Positions 21,301 through 31,352 of a stretch of DNA of 64,000 nt are shown one piece after another; position 1 is the stretch's first letter; every line of letters begins with the position of its first letter. The translations under genes were made by a program, and so were the position numbers. The notes below the pieces were generated by a model, which did no database searches, had not been told where the DNA came from, and saw only the letters and a list, made by a program, of their open reading frames with translations. This stretch comes from Candidatus Poribacteria bacterium. GTDB lineage: Bacteria; Poribacteria; WGA-4E; PCPOR2b. The DNA is taken from the NCBI GenBank assembly GCA_965218095.1, contig OZ244587.1:800001-864000 (forward strand), in the 5' to 3' direction.

Positions 21301-22571
21301 TGGCATCCCATGCACGAAAGCCCGTTGCGGACGGTCGGATCGCTCGCGGCGGGATTGGAAACGATTTTAATCGGCGCGGCATCCAACCGGAACCCCGTCC
21401 CATTGACCAGATAGTATCCCTGCAATCCGTTGGGGAGATTGAAGATAACCTCCCCGCCATCATGCGTGAAATTGAGCGGATGGGTGAAGATGTTCTGTGT
21501 GCCAACACTCCCGGCAAAGTCGTAGCTTTTCCAATACGCTCCATATCGAGAGCTATGCCTCTCCACCACCCGGTTGTTATTGGAAACACCCGAATTGTTG
21601 AATCCCGCTCGCCAGACATCAACCCCCGGCGCATCGCGGCGATTGCGGACTACATCAACTTCCAGTCGGGTCTCTAATTCCCCATCCGTCAATGGCAGAG
21701 AAAGCAGCTCGTGGTACAGCGGTGGCAGAGATGCCGTCGCAAGAAACCAGTCGATATGAATCGATGGCACATCGCAGTCCATCTCTGTCTGTAACCGTGT
21801 TAGTTGTTCCCGCAGCGCGGTCTGTGTGGGCGCATCAAACGCGATGTGATAGGGATACGCCCCTTCAATCTGTGTCCAGCCGTCATTGCGATCCCACTCA
21901 TAGTGCCGGATGTCGATGGTGAAGATTGTCCCCTGTGGGTCAATGGACTGTGGGTTGGTGACTTCGCGCTCCCATGAGAGGCTATTGACCAGTTTGGAGA
22001 GCCCGGATCGGTACTCTTGGAGTATCTCCGCTGTCCTGCCCGCATTATAGAGATGTGTGAGTGTGAAATAGCGTGTGAAGGCGCGGTCAAATACTGGGAG
22101 TGACATAAGGTGAGTCTCAATGGTATCCAGTATTTCACCGGGGGGAATGAAACGGCTATCGGGTGGGGGGATTGCCGCCCAATCGGGTGCGCCGGCTAAA
22201 ATCCAACGGCGAATCGTGTCAATCGCCGGAGCGGACAGGGGGGGCGATCCAAGTGGCATCCGTTTGGCTGTGTCAGTGGTCAGGAGCCGTTTATACAATT
22301 CGGACGCTTCTGGGTTTCCCGGCATAACCGTTCCGTTTTCGATGAGCGGGGTGTGCTCAATTAAGAGTGTCTCTCGATAGGCGCCGTCGGGGCCGTGGCA
22401 GATGAGGCACTTTTGTTCAAAGATAGCATAGGCATCTTGTGCAATCGGCTGCTGGGCAGAGACAGTTTGAGAACCTACGATGAGAATCAATAGACTGATG
22501 AGTGAGATAAGATGCTGCTGTTGCTTACAAGCCCCAATCAAATAGGGGATGAAATGATGCTTAAACATCAT
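18387..22571 (-). CDS. Large multidomain secreted protein: c-type cytochrome domains, Pro linker, internalin-like LRRs, cohesin, dockerin-like repeats, T9SS/FlgD-like C-terminal domain
   Basis: CLICH and CMGCH; 22-aa xISDLSPLAGLxxL repeats; DLAGWQFDI; GDVNRDGQVSILDL x2; NYPNPFNPETWIPY...TRKMLILK. Confidence 0.85.
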   Translation of the reverse strand: MMFKHHFIPYLIGACKQQQHLISLISLLILIVGSQTVSAQQPIAQDAYAIFEQKCLICHGPDGAYRETLLIEHTPLIENGTVMPGNPEASELYKRLLTTDTAKRMPLGSPPLSAPAIDTIRRWILAGAPDWAAIPPPDSRFIPPGEILDTIETHLMSLPVFDRAFTRYFTLTHLYNAGRTAEILQEYRSGLSKLVNSLSWEREVTNPQSIDPQGTIFTIDIRHYEWDRNDGWTQIEGAYPYHIAFDAPTQTALREQLTRLQTEMDCDVPSIHIDWFLATASLPPLYHELLSLPLTDGELETRLEVDVVRNRRDAPGVDVWRAGFNNSGVSNNNRVVERHSSRYGAYWKSYDFAGSVGTQNIFTHPLNFTHDGGEVIFNLPNGLQGYYLVNGTGFRLDAAPIKIVSNPAASDPTVRNGLSCMGCHTEGMKTFEDEVRPVIEANATPAYDKAQALRLYVEKSEMDTRVDEDMNRYRLALEATGGVLSGIEPISRFHEAFQAPVDAAHAAAAVGLTTEVFIEKIRENVGLQNVGLLPLVGENGRVKRDTWTSNFLAVIFALGFPELVKPPEPPPPPPPGTVVHIPDPNLRAAIAENLGKSPNAPITVAEMKTLRRLEAGDRGIQDLTGLQFATNLTDLDLPDNSISDLSPLAGLINLETLSFPDNKVSDLSPIAGLINLEWLYCARNNASDLSPFIGLINLEFVSFSSNNVSDLSPIAGLISLKRIRTWGNPVSDLSPLAGLTTLESVNICGGEISDLTPLAGLTGLKELYLVSNETSDISSLAGLTGVTRLGLESNNISDISSLAGLTALKWLDLEHNDISDISPLAGLTALEWLNLGHNNISDISPLASLTDLKWLHVGNNKIADLSPLDGFRENIKLFWFDNPVFPKGGPKIEGPWLWVVLPSTDPGRDIKSGTDLLAEASDGRVTEMAVATHGATEGKSVGDSVWTADHDKLPPRGDNNVEAMLKRRIDAVLYGYVSLYSPRQQDTTMYVGSTYVRAWLNGALIHPFRDRGGTDDYTNFYPVTLEEGRNVLLVQVHSLGNAHFGFEPSTEYTVAIPGVGYTFSKTPIHVGDTFTLDIRAEDVFDLAGWQFDIAFNAAALEAIDVNEGDFLGGTTFFQGGRIDNTAGKITGITAARLTEHGVSGSGTLVQVTFKAKSGGETDLTLQNFQFGTLTGENIPAGPHKISITVEGQLASGDVNRDGQVSILDLILVAQQLGETVPTNSPVDVNGDGVVSILDLIRVAAEFGTPAAPPVATMGGLKVAIEAWIADARLADDGSVAFQQGIENLQNLLASLIPEETALHPNYPNPFNPETWIPYQLAEPAEVTLTIYDINGGAVRRLAVGHQAAGMYQNRSRAMYWDGHNQFGESVASGLYFYTLTAGDFTATRKMLILK
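19960..20720 (-). repeat. 66-bp LRR coding repeats
   Basis: GATATGTCCGAGATGT recurs at 20041, 20107 and 20173. Confidence 0.85.
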
Positions 22572-22692
22572 GGTAAAATAATCCTTTCTCGATCCACAAT
22601 TCCCCGAATTCGGTATACCCCACACGGAACGGAGTGAATCGAAGGGTGAGTTTCAATACGTAGCCCTGGATACTCTTGACTTAGAAGTTCGC

Positions 22693-23924
22693 TCATTCGC
22701 CCATCTGTCGAATTGCTTCTTCATAAATCTCTCTGAGCGGGACACCATGTTGCTCGGCAAGCCGCTTGCAATCTTCGTATTCGGGAACTGTTTTAATTAA
22801 CTGGTTTTCCAAATACCCACATTTTGCACGAACGGTTCCCCATCGCGTTTGGATGTTGACAAAATCATGAGTCAGTTTTGATCGTTCAGCTGTGTAGCAT
22901 CTAACGCCAAACGTCGTTGTTTCTACGAGAAGCATTTCGCTCAGTGCATCACGGAGCGTCGGTGTAGAAAGGACACTCAGTTTTGTCGCCGGACGACCTT
23001 TCTTCATAAAGATCGGTGTCAGGAAAACGTCGAGGGCCCCTCGCTCGAATAGTTGCTCCATCAAGTAGCCCACAATCTCTGGCGACATATCGTCGAGATT
23101 GGTTTCAATTACGCAGACCTGATCGTGCTCGACGGTTTTTTTTTACCGATACATAGCCGTAAGAGGTTCGGTTGCTCCTCAAGGTTGCGTGTCCCGGCAC
23201 CGTAGCCAATTCGGTTGATGGTCATCTCCGGCATTGTACCGAATCCATCCGCAAGCGTCGTGATAATGGCTGCGCCGGTGGGTGTCACCAGTTCTTTTCG
23301 GATTTCAGTCTGTCGGATGGGCACACTGCACAGCAACTCCATCGTTCCCGGCGTAGGGACAGGCATGAGTCCGTGGGCGCATCGGACGAAGCCGCCTCCG
23401 AGCGATAGCGGAGAGGCGTAGATCGCGTTGATCTCTAAAAGATGTAGCCCAACGACGGATCCAACGATGTCCACAATCGCATCGATGCCGCTAACTTCGT
23501 GCAGGTGTACCTGATCTTTAGGCATGTTGTGGACTTTCGCTTCCGCTCCCGCGAGTCGATCAAAGATCTGCTTTGCGCGATCGATGATTTCCTTTTCAAG
23601 ATCGCTGTTATCAAGAATAGCGAAAATATCGGAGAGATGGCGGCTCGGCTCATGCGTGTGCGGATGATTGTGATGCGCCCCTGCTGCCGATTCGGTCGAA
23701 GGATCCGTGTGTAAATCGTCAGTCAGATTGGTCGTGTCCACGATTGCCCGGGTTCCGGTGATGCCGTGTTTCGTTACTTTCTGAAAACGCAACGTAAATT
23801 CGTCCAATTTCAACTTTGCCAACTCTGCACGCAGTGCGTCTGAATCGACACCGCCATCGGCCAAAGCACCGAGCATCATGTCTCCACTGATTCCTGAAAA
23901 ACAATCAAAATATGCAATTTTCAA
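22693..23924 (-). CDS. larC: Nickel-pincer cofactor biosynthesis protein LarC, expressed across a -1 frameshift
   Basis: YFDCFSGISGDM, HLHEV, ELVTPTGAAI, GYGAG; after the A9 run the -1 frame reads TVEHDQVCVIETNLDDMSPE...PEYEDC. Confidence 0.92.
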
Positions 23925-24012
23925 CTTGTTTTCCTTCTAGTTGACAAACTTGAATGGGGACTTTGTACAGGCTTTGTGAACAGTTTTGATTCATGTTAGG
24001 GACTCATGCAGC

Positions 24013-24045
24013 AGAAACCGAGTTTTTGACAAAAACTCGGTTTCT
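24013..24045. repeat. Perfect 16-bp inverted repeat (REP-like or terminator) downstream of mdh
   Basis: AGAAACCGAGTTTTTG-A-CAAAAACTCGGTTTCT. Confidence 0.7.
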
Positions 24046-24103
24046 TTCGCACTTTACGCTTTCTTTTTACATGAGCCACAGTTCTAACGCACACCTTCCG
24101 GAG

Positions 24104-25030
24104 CTAGTACCCCAACAACTCAATTCCCTCCCGATACGTCTGAGCTGACGTTTGCAACGCCTGGAGTTCATCGTCGGTCAATTCGACTTCGATAATCTGT
24201 TCAACGCCACCCGCCCCCAATTTAATCGGAACGCCGATATACAGATCGTCAATACCGAACTGTCCGGTCAGATGCGCTGCACAGGGAATGAGCCGTTTTT
24301 TGTCACGGACAATTGCCGCCGCCATCTGAGCAAGCGAGGCACCTGCTGCATAGTAACCACTCGTTTTTAGCAGATTGACCACTTCTGCACCGCCATCGCG
24401 GGTTCGCTGTGCCAGTTCTTCGATCCGCCCCGCAGACATGAGTTGCGGAATTGGAATCCCGCCCACCGTTGTATAACGCGGCAGGGGCACCATCGTATCT
24501 CCGTGTCCCCCCATCACGAGGGCGCTGATGTCTTCAACCGACACACCCAGTTCAAGGGAGATGAAATAACGGAGACGCGCTGAATCGAGTACACCCGCCT
24601 GTCCGACAACTCGGTTGGACGGGAATCCCGAAACCTTCCACGCATGATAGGTCATAATGTCCAACGGATTTGTCAGCATCACAATAATGCAGTCCGGCGA
24701 GTGCTTCACGACGTTTTCTGTGACGCTGCCAACGATTCTCGCGTTTGTTTGCAAAAGGTCTTCACGGGTCATTCCCGGCTTGCGGGGCGATCCGGAGGTG
24801 ATAATCACCACGTCAGAACCAGCCGTATCTTCGTAACCCGTTGAACCTGTGACGCTTGCATCAAACAGTTCAACGGGCGACGCCTGTGCCATATCCAAAC
24901 TCTTTCCTTGCGGGACGCCATCAATGATATCTACCATCACGACATCACCAAGCTGCTTTTGCGCAATGAACAGCGCGGCAGTCGCGCCGACATTTCCAGC
25001 ACCAATCACACTGATTTTTTTTCGAGCCAT
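24104..25030 (-). CDS. mdh: Malate dehydrogenase (LDH-like)
   Basis: IGAGNVG, PRKPGMTREDL, TNPLD, LDSAR, GGHGD. Confidence 0.95.
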   Translation of the reverse strand: MARKKISVIGAGNVGATAALFIAQKQLGDVVMVDIIDGVPQGKSLDMAQASPVELFDASVTGSTGYEDTAGSDVVIITSGSPRKPGMTREDLLQTNARIVGSVTENVVKHSPDCIIVMLTNPLDIMTYHAWKVSGFPSNRVVGQAGVLDSARLRYFISLELGVSVEDISALVMGGHGDTMVPLPRYTTVGGIPIPQLMSAGRIEELAQRTRDGGAEVVNLLKTSGYYAAGASLAQMAAAIVRDKKRLIPCAAHLTGQFGIDDLYIGVPIKLGAGGVEQIIEVELTDDELQALQTSAQTYREGIELLGY

Positions 25031-25058
25031 TCGTTTCTCCTCGTTATTTCTGATTTCC

Positions 25059-26267
25059 TCATGGTTGTGCGTTGACGTATTCTTGCCAGCGCTCCTCGAC
25101 GCTGGCATCCTCAACGGTCTCCATGAAGTAGTCGCCGAACTCCTCGCTGGTTGCGCCTGTGCTGCGTCCGGTCATAACTACCTTGCGCTCGTACTGTCCG
25201 CAGATGTCGAGGGCCTTGTGCAGCTTTTGGCCGAGTTCATCGAATCCGATATGCTCAAGCATCATGGCACCCGCCCTGATGAGAGAGCTTGGGTCAGCAT
25301 ACTGCGCCCTTCCTTCTTGCACCATTCGTGGGGCGCTCCCGTGAATGGCCTCGAACATAGCATACCGTTTCCCGATATTCGCACTGCCTGCTGTACCAAC
25401 GCCACCCTGAATCTGGGCCGCTTCATCGGTCAGGATATCGCCATAGAGGTTAGGGAGGGCAAGCACTTGGAAGTCATTTTGACGTGCTGGGTTTATCAGT
25501 GCCGCGGTCATGATGTCGATGTACCAGCTATCCCACTCAATATCCGGATACCGTTGAGCGACCTCGCGGGCAATGTCGAGGAACTTGCCGTCGGTCGTTT
25601 TGACGATATTTGCCTTTGTGACGACCGTCACCTTAGTCTTGCCGATACGTTTCGCGTGGGCGAAGGCAGCCTCAATAATACGCTCAGACCCCTGGCTTGT
25701 GATGACGCGAAAATCTATCCCCAAGTCATCGGTCACATTGATGCCCTGGCTGCCAACCGCATACATATCTTCAGTGTTCTCACGGAAGAAGGTCCAGTCA
25801 ATGTTTTCAGCGGGAACTCGCACCGGACGAACATTGGCGAACAGGTCGAGTGCTTTACGCATGGAGACGTTCGCGCTTTCTAGGTTAGGCCACTGATCGC
25901 CCTGTTCAGGTGTATGGGTCGGCCCCTTGAGTGTTACGTGGCAACCCTTGATCTCCTCGAGCACATCGTCTGGTATGGATTTCATCTGTGCGGCACGGTT
26001 TTCAATGGTGAGCCCTTCTATTACCCGGAACTCAACCTTACCCGCGTTGATCTGGTCCCGTAAGAGGTATCCAAGCACACGTTGTGTCTCGGCGCTAATT
26101 GTCTGCCCAATACCGTCACCGCCAATCATACCAATAATGATGGGCGAAATAGATTTATAATCCATCCAATCTGGCTCTTGTTTGAGTTTCTCGACTCTCT
26201 CAAGCTGTTGCTGCAAGATGCTTCCGAAATGTTCTTTTGCGGTCTCAATTGCTTCTGAGTTGACCAC
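25059..26267 (-). CDS. icd: Isocitrate/isopropylmalate dehydrogenase family, probably isocitrate dehydrogenase
   Basis: GDGIG, LKGPT, SANV..RK.LDLFANVRP, NLYGDILTD, FEAIHGSAP; next to mdh. Confidence 0.75.
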   Translation of the reverse strand: MVNSEAIETAKEHFGSILQQQLERVEKLKQEPDWMDYKSISPIIIGMIGGDGIGQTISAETQRVLGYLLRDQINAGKVEFRVIEGLTIENRAAQMKSIPDDVLEEIKGCHVTLKGPTHTPEQGDQWPNLESANVSMRKALDLFANVRPVRVPAENIDWTFFRENTEDMYAVGSQGINVTDDLGIDFRVITSQGSERIIEAAFAHAKRIGKTKVTVVTKANIVKTTDGKFLDIAREVAQRYPDIEWDSWYIDIMTAALINPARQNDFQVLALPNLYGDILTDEAAQIQGGVGTAGSANIGKRYAMFEAIHGSAPRMVQEGRAQYADPSSLIRAGAMMLEHIGFDELGQKLHKALDICGQYERKVVMTGRSTGATSEEFGDYFMETVEDASVEERWQEYVNAQP

Positions 26268-26394
26268 TCTGCACTCCCTTCTAGAAAACAACGGCTCCAA
26301 TCAATGGTGAAACTATGAGCTTGATGAACTAATGAACTCTTGAACTCAGGTTTCAGGCAATCGAGCGCAAGAGCACTCTCCCACATATCGTTGT

Positions 26395-27978
26395 TCAATG
26401 GGTGGAAAAAGCCTCGCCCTGAAGGAGCCGGTTATGAAGAGAAGCGACCAAATCTGGTATCGTCGGGTCGCCACTTGAGGTGGGAACGATACTATGTTCA
26501 GGGGGCACGACAGGACGAATCATACCGCTCTGCTGCAACTGCTCTCTGGCATCCATCATCCAGCCGAATCCTCGGAAGATGTAGGTGAGCAGTGTGCGAT
26601 CTAATTCACGGACGCCCAAGGCTTCTTGAACCGACCATCCACCAAAGTCTGTGTTTGGCGTCAAACGAAGTGGTGGATCGGCTTCTTTGCCCGGCTTAAT
26701 TACGCCTTCAACGAAAGCTATCTGATAAATCCGTTGAACCATCCCCAGGCGTTGTTTCTGTTTATCATCAAGCGTAATCTCACCATTATCTATCGCCCGT
26801 AAGAGCAGATCGAGATAGATCGCCGGTCTCGGATCTTGCTGGATTTCATCAGATCTGCCAGCAGCCACGATCTCCGGGTGACCAAAGGTCGGTAATCCAC
26901 CAGCGAGGACTTCATTCTGAATCGCTGTCTCACGCTTTTCCGGGGCAATCTGTTCAAGTTTATTCATAAAGTGGGTCATGTCATGAATTGCGCCAAAATG
27001 TCGATCGCCGTCAAGAGTCATGTGAGAAGCACTCAAAAAGTCGGAAACAGAGGTAGTGTGTACAGTTGCCATATATCGCGCAACCATGTTGGAACCGGCA
27101 GATCCGTGATGGATTTGTATCATCCCCATTCTTTCCAGGATTTCATTCTTGATGGCATTGACGTGATAACCGAGCAGGAGGCTATAGCACGCCTGAAATG
27201 CTGTCTTTCCCGATTTCTCTTCTTTGTCAATGAAATCATCTGTTCGCTCGACAAGTTCATCGGTAGTTAGATCCACGTCCTCCTCAAGCAGGTGGCGCAT
27301 ATAAACAGCCATCACTCCCACCGCCACATTCTCCATATGTGTTCTGATTATTTCGAGTAGAAGGCAGCCATCACGTCTTTCGTCGTTCATCCCCCGATTT
27401 GGGATACAACGTTTCGCGCGATCCGCTTTCCCAAGCGTCGCAAAATGCTGAATTGCCACCTCAGGTCCTGAATCCGGGAAGGTTTGAACAAATTTGGCAA
27501 CTTGCTCGATCAACGGTCTGCGCCCCGAAACATCTTCTCTGATGAGTCCTCTTGATTGGTAGAATTTTCGGTTAATAAATGCGTCGAGCATCGCTTCTTC
27601 ATCTAAACCGTCCCCGATCTGTGATCGGGGCTTCCTGCCGAACAAACCAACAAAGATCACATACGCAGGGCTAAACTGACCAGCAATAATCTCGCTTTCC
27701 TGAATCACACCACGAATGGCAAAACTTCGGATATTCAATGTTATATTAGCACCATCACAGTGAACTTTCGCGCTGTGTAGAACCGGGTTAGCAAAGACCA
27801 TTGTTGATTGGGGCATTGAACTAAACGCTTTGAGCGCGTCTGCAATTTCCTGGTCATCCAGTTGCATTGCTCGTTTTAACGCATCTGTCACGGGGCTATA
27901 CGTCGAAGTTTCAGGCGCCTCTGAAAGCGTCCGCCGCATCGCTGCTGCATTCTCTGTCCATAATGTTTTCCCTTCCAT
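26395..27978 (-). CDS. Divergent citrate synthase / citryl-CoA lyase superfamily protein
   Basis: HHGSAGSN, DRHFGA, TFGHP..DPR, PNTDF, RGFGW..EQ in citrate synthase motif order. Confidence 0.65.
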   Translation of the reverse strand: MEGKTLWTENAAAMRRTLSEAPETSTYSPVTDALKRAMQLDDQEIADALKAFSSMPQSTMVFANPVLHSAKVHCDGANITLNIRSFAIRGVIQESEIIAGQFSPAYVIFVGLFGRKPRSQIGDGLDEEAMLDAFINRKFYQSRGLIREDVSGRRPLIEQVAKFVQTFPDSGPEVAIQHFATLGKADRAKRCIPNRGMNDERRDGCLLLEIIRTHMENVAVGVMAVYMRHLLEEDVDLTTDELVERTDDFIDKEEKSGKTAFQACYSLLLGYHVNAIKNEILERMGMIQIHHGSAGSNMVARYMATVHTTSVSDFLSASHMTLDGDRHFGAIHDMTHFMNKLEQIAPEKRETAIQNEVLAGGLPTFGHPEIVAAGRSDEIQQDPRPAIYLDLLLRAIDNGEITLDDKQKQRLGMVQRIYQIAFVEGVIKPGKEADPPLRLTPNTDFGGWSVQEALGVRELDRTLLTYIFRGFGWMMDAREQLQQSGMIRPVVPPEHSIVPTSSGDPTIPDLVASLHNRLLQGEAFSTH

Positions 27979-28111
27979 AAAAATCTCCTTAGTTTAGTGT
28001 GATCAGAACTGAGACTGTGGGGCGCCCTGGCAAAAGTGATTCTTTGAATTGAAGTCATATTGAGTAAAACATAAAGATGTGGTAAAATAGAGAAAGGAAG
28101 AGAGATAATTT

Positions 28112-28650
28112 ATGTCCCAAAATTTCCGCTTCGGATACCCATTCACTTTATGAAAGGAAATACAACAGTATTCCCAAGCAGGTTTCTCCTAAGGATTTTA
28201 ACCGCTACATCTTGCCACATTTAACGAGCAAAAGGCCCAAAGCCAAAACTCTCCTTCTACAAAATATTCAACTATATCCTCTATGTTTTGCATACTTGCA
28301 TTCAATCGAATCAACTTAGCACACAACGCAATCAACTCCACGGGTCGAACATCTACAACTGGCAGAGTCGATGGTCAAAAGATGGATTCTATCAACAACT
28401 TTTTGAGGCGTCGGTGATACATCGGCTCGACACAGACCAACTCGACACCTCACGACCTCATCGGAATGGGTCAAATACCGTTGTTAAAAAAGGAGCGATG
28501 GCATCGGTTAGTCTGGACACAAACACCACAAAGGTGAAAAAGAACTCACCATCATCAACAATCATGGATTCGTCATTGGACCGATAACCGTCAAACTGGT
28601 CAACAAACAGGATACGATCAGCTTGCCCGAAACATTCACCAATCTCATCT
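28112..28650 (+). pseudogene. Degenerate IS5-family transposase remnant
   Basis: YKIFNYILYVLHT..Q, RWSKDG, KKG.DG, GHKH.KG fragments across frames. Confidence 0.6.
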
Positions 28651-28861
28651 CACTGCTAACCCTAAAAATAGAGTGTTGGTAATCTATTCTTGTATATCTG
28701 CCGGGTGTTTCGGATACTTTAGTTATGGTAAGCCTTCTTCAATGCTCAAATGGACAGACATTATGTAAATCAGATATTGTCGCAATGATTTATGACCCGT
28801 GAAGAAAAGGAGGAAGCGTTGCTTGGCCAAGAAATGAGGGAGATAGTAAATTCTAATATTA

Positions 28862-30072
28862 ACGACTTGTGCTAGGTTCTGTTGACATTTCGCTGTCGCG
28901 AATTCGGCAAACGCTGTAATCATCATGCAACCCGCCAAAAACCAAGACAGTTGTCCGAAATCGCCTCAAGGTGCATCAGGTCGAAGACTCTCGGAACGGA
29001 GATTGGTTCAATCCGTCAAATGTCAACAGAACCTAGTTAAAAGGCAAAGGAAGTGCTATCCTTTGAGAGAAGTTACTTATCTCGAATGAAAGAGAGGAAG
29101 CATTTCAATGGAGTTATGTCAAAAGCTGAGTGCCGCTTTCGCACAAGAAGGAATCACGTCGCTGAATCTCGAAGACTTGCTGAGTGTGAGTTTCATTGTT
29201 ATTGATGATTTGTATGAACACCATTTCCCCGATGGAATGCCCCATCGGGGTGTCCCCAATAGCAACCTAGCCGACAGTGAAGTAATAACCATCGCTTGGG
29301 GCGGTGAGATGGTTGGCATTGATAGTCAACGGGTTAGTATAACCTTGTCAAAAAGGAGTTCTGCCATCTATTTCCGCATTTACCTGAGTGAACTCGATTT
29401 AATCGTCGGCGTCGTAATCTGTCGGGAGTAAGTGGAAAACTTAGACAAGCACTCAACGATGAACTTCCGTTAAACGACATCTTCATTGTCGATAGCTTGG
29501 CTGTCCCCCTCTGTGACTTTAAGCGTGCGCATTCTTCCACATCGCCTCTCAAGTGTCAGGACCTACGGGTATTGTGAAACCAAAGGATTGGGTACATTCT
29601 TAGGATTTCGCATTCATCTAATCATCAAGGCGTACCCCTCGCTTTTTCCGTACCCAATGCCAATGTTGATGAGCGGGAGGTACTTTCGACGATGTGTGAA
29701 ACAGGCGATTATCCCCTGATAATTGGAGACAAAGGTTACATTTCAGACCCATTGAGTGAGATACTCCTTGAGTTGGATGGGATTCGCTTATTCGCTATCA
29801 AGCGTGAGAATCAGAAGTCACAACATACGCCACAACTCCGGCGGAATCTCAATTGGATTCGGAGACGAATTGAAACTACCATCAATCAACTCAATGCCCA
29901 GTTTCATCTCTGTCGAATCAGAGCGCGTTATCATTGGGGCATGTTGACCCGAATTATTGATAAGCTAGCGGGGTTCAGCTTAGCAGTTTTGCTCAACCGC
30001 AGTCTAGGACGACCGCTTATGGAAATCAAAGACTTAGTTTTCGCATAGCCTATATCAACTAGCACAAGTCGT
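28862..30072 (+). mobile_element. IS982-family element copy 1, frameshifted transposase
   Basis: Terminal IRs ACGACTTGTGCTAGTT; LADSEVIT, GDKGY, RRRIETT motifs. Confidence 0.8.
28872..29036. mobile_element. MITE with IS5-type ends inserted in the left IR of the IS982 element
   Basis: CTAGGTTCTGTTGACATTT...AAATGTCAACAGAACCTAG; about 165 bp, no transposase. Confidence 0.8.
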
Positions 30073-30280
30073 TATAGTATCTAAAATGGTAAGGACAACC
30101 AATCATCTGTTGAATTTACGCTATTGTAGCAAAGGCATTCCCAAAAGTCAAGACAAAACAGGGAAAACAGTGCATCAGTAAAGCGGTAACCGTTGCATAG
30201 ACCGAACCCCTGATTTGACAGGGGTTCTGGGGGGACGATTCCCTAAAATCGGGGGTTCACCCCCATCGTGTCGGAGGTTA

Positions 30281-30652
30281 ATGAACAAGACAGTGTCTCG
30301 AAATCAAATGTGTCGGAGAGTTTTTTTTGAGGTGGATGAGATTCGATTGATGTCCAAAATTCGACTGGATAAGTATTTGGAAGGGGTTCGTCGACAAGTT
30401 ATTGGGCAGAGGGCTCGGCAAGGAAGGAAACATCAGCTATTAAGTATGCCTGATGCACTGCAGGACAGCTTTCAATTCTTTGGCCTGACCTATCCGGTTG
30501 ACTTTAATGCGTTGCCGGAACGTTATCGCTAACTCGCGCTGAGTTATCATCCGGATAAGGGCGGGAGCCTTGAAATGATGCAGCGGCTTAACACCGCGTA
30601 TCAGCGGATTTCGGATTATTTACGTCAAGCGGAAACGGACCGTCGCTTATGA
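30281..30652 (+). pseudogene. J-domain protein with in-frame TAA
   Basis: ERYR*LALSYHPDKGGSLEMMQRLNTAY; HPD lies after the stop at 30530-30532. Confidence 0.8.
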
Positions 30653-30655
30653 GTA

Positions 30656-31258
30656 TCAGGCAAAGATTGCATCCACGGTCAGTCGGAAGTCTAGAAGTGC
30701 TTCACTACGGACGGTCTCGCCAAAGCCATAGAGACCCGCTCGGATTTCTCCACCGATAGGCGCAGGACTTCAACAGATCCGGATTCACGGCTGACCAGCC
30801 AGCATTCTTTGACGCCGATCTGTTGATAATCTGCCCATTTTCCAGCTAGCCCCTTTTTTGTGTCCGAAGGTGAAAGCACTTCTATGACCAAATCCGGGGC
30901 AATCTCAAGAAATTGCAGTGCTTCAAGGTCATCAAGACTGGTGCCGGGCAGTTCGTCTTTGTGGATAAACAACATATCAGGTTGGCGCGTCCGTAACGGG
31001 TCACGTTGAAAGATAATATCAACCGGTGCAAAGAGCACCACACCCAGTTCTTGTGTTGCTTCTTGTGTTGTTATATACTGGTTTAGTGAGGTAAAGATGT
31101 TTGCGCCTATTATTTGATGGTCCGGTATTGGAATAGGGCAAGGCGTCATTTCTCCATCAATGATTTCATACGGGTGATTGAGCTCCGGCATCAGCAGATA
31201 GTCTGCGAGGGTAATCTTCTTTTTTCAGTTCATCCAAGGCGGTTGGTATCGCAGGCAT
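30656..31258 (-). pseudogene. Uma2-family endonuclease, frameshifted at both ends
   Basis: YEIIDGE, RQPD, PDLVIEVLSPS, GVKECWLV; N- and C-termini lie in other frames. Confidence 0.8.
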
Positions 31259-31352
31259 CGGTGTACCTCCAATCAAAAAAGCTGGCAATCAGGACAGGAC
31301 TGCCGGCTTTATCATTGGTCTCATATAGGCATCGCGAGGTGACTTCTCTATC

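Noticed and set aside
24849-25883. 344-aa plus-strand ORF
   Set aside because: Antisense to icd/mdh, no recognisable motifs
30204-30227. GAACCCCTG/CAGGGGTTC hairpin
   Set aside because: Single 9-bp stem, no U-tract or second copy in the window
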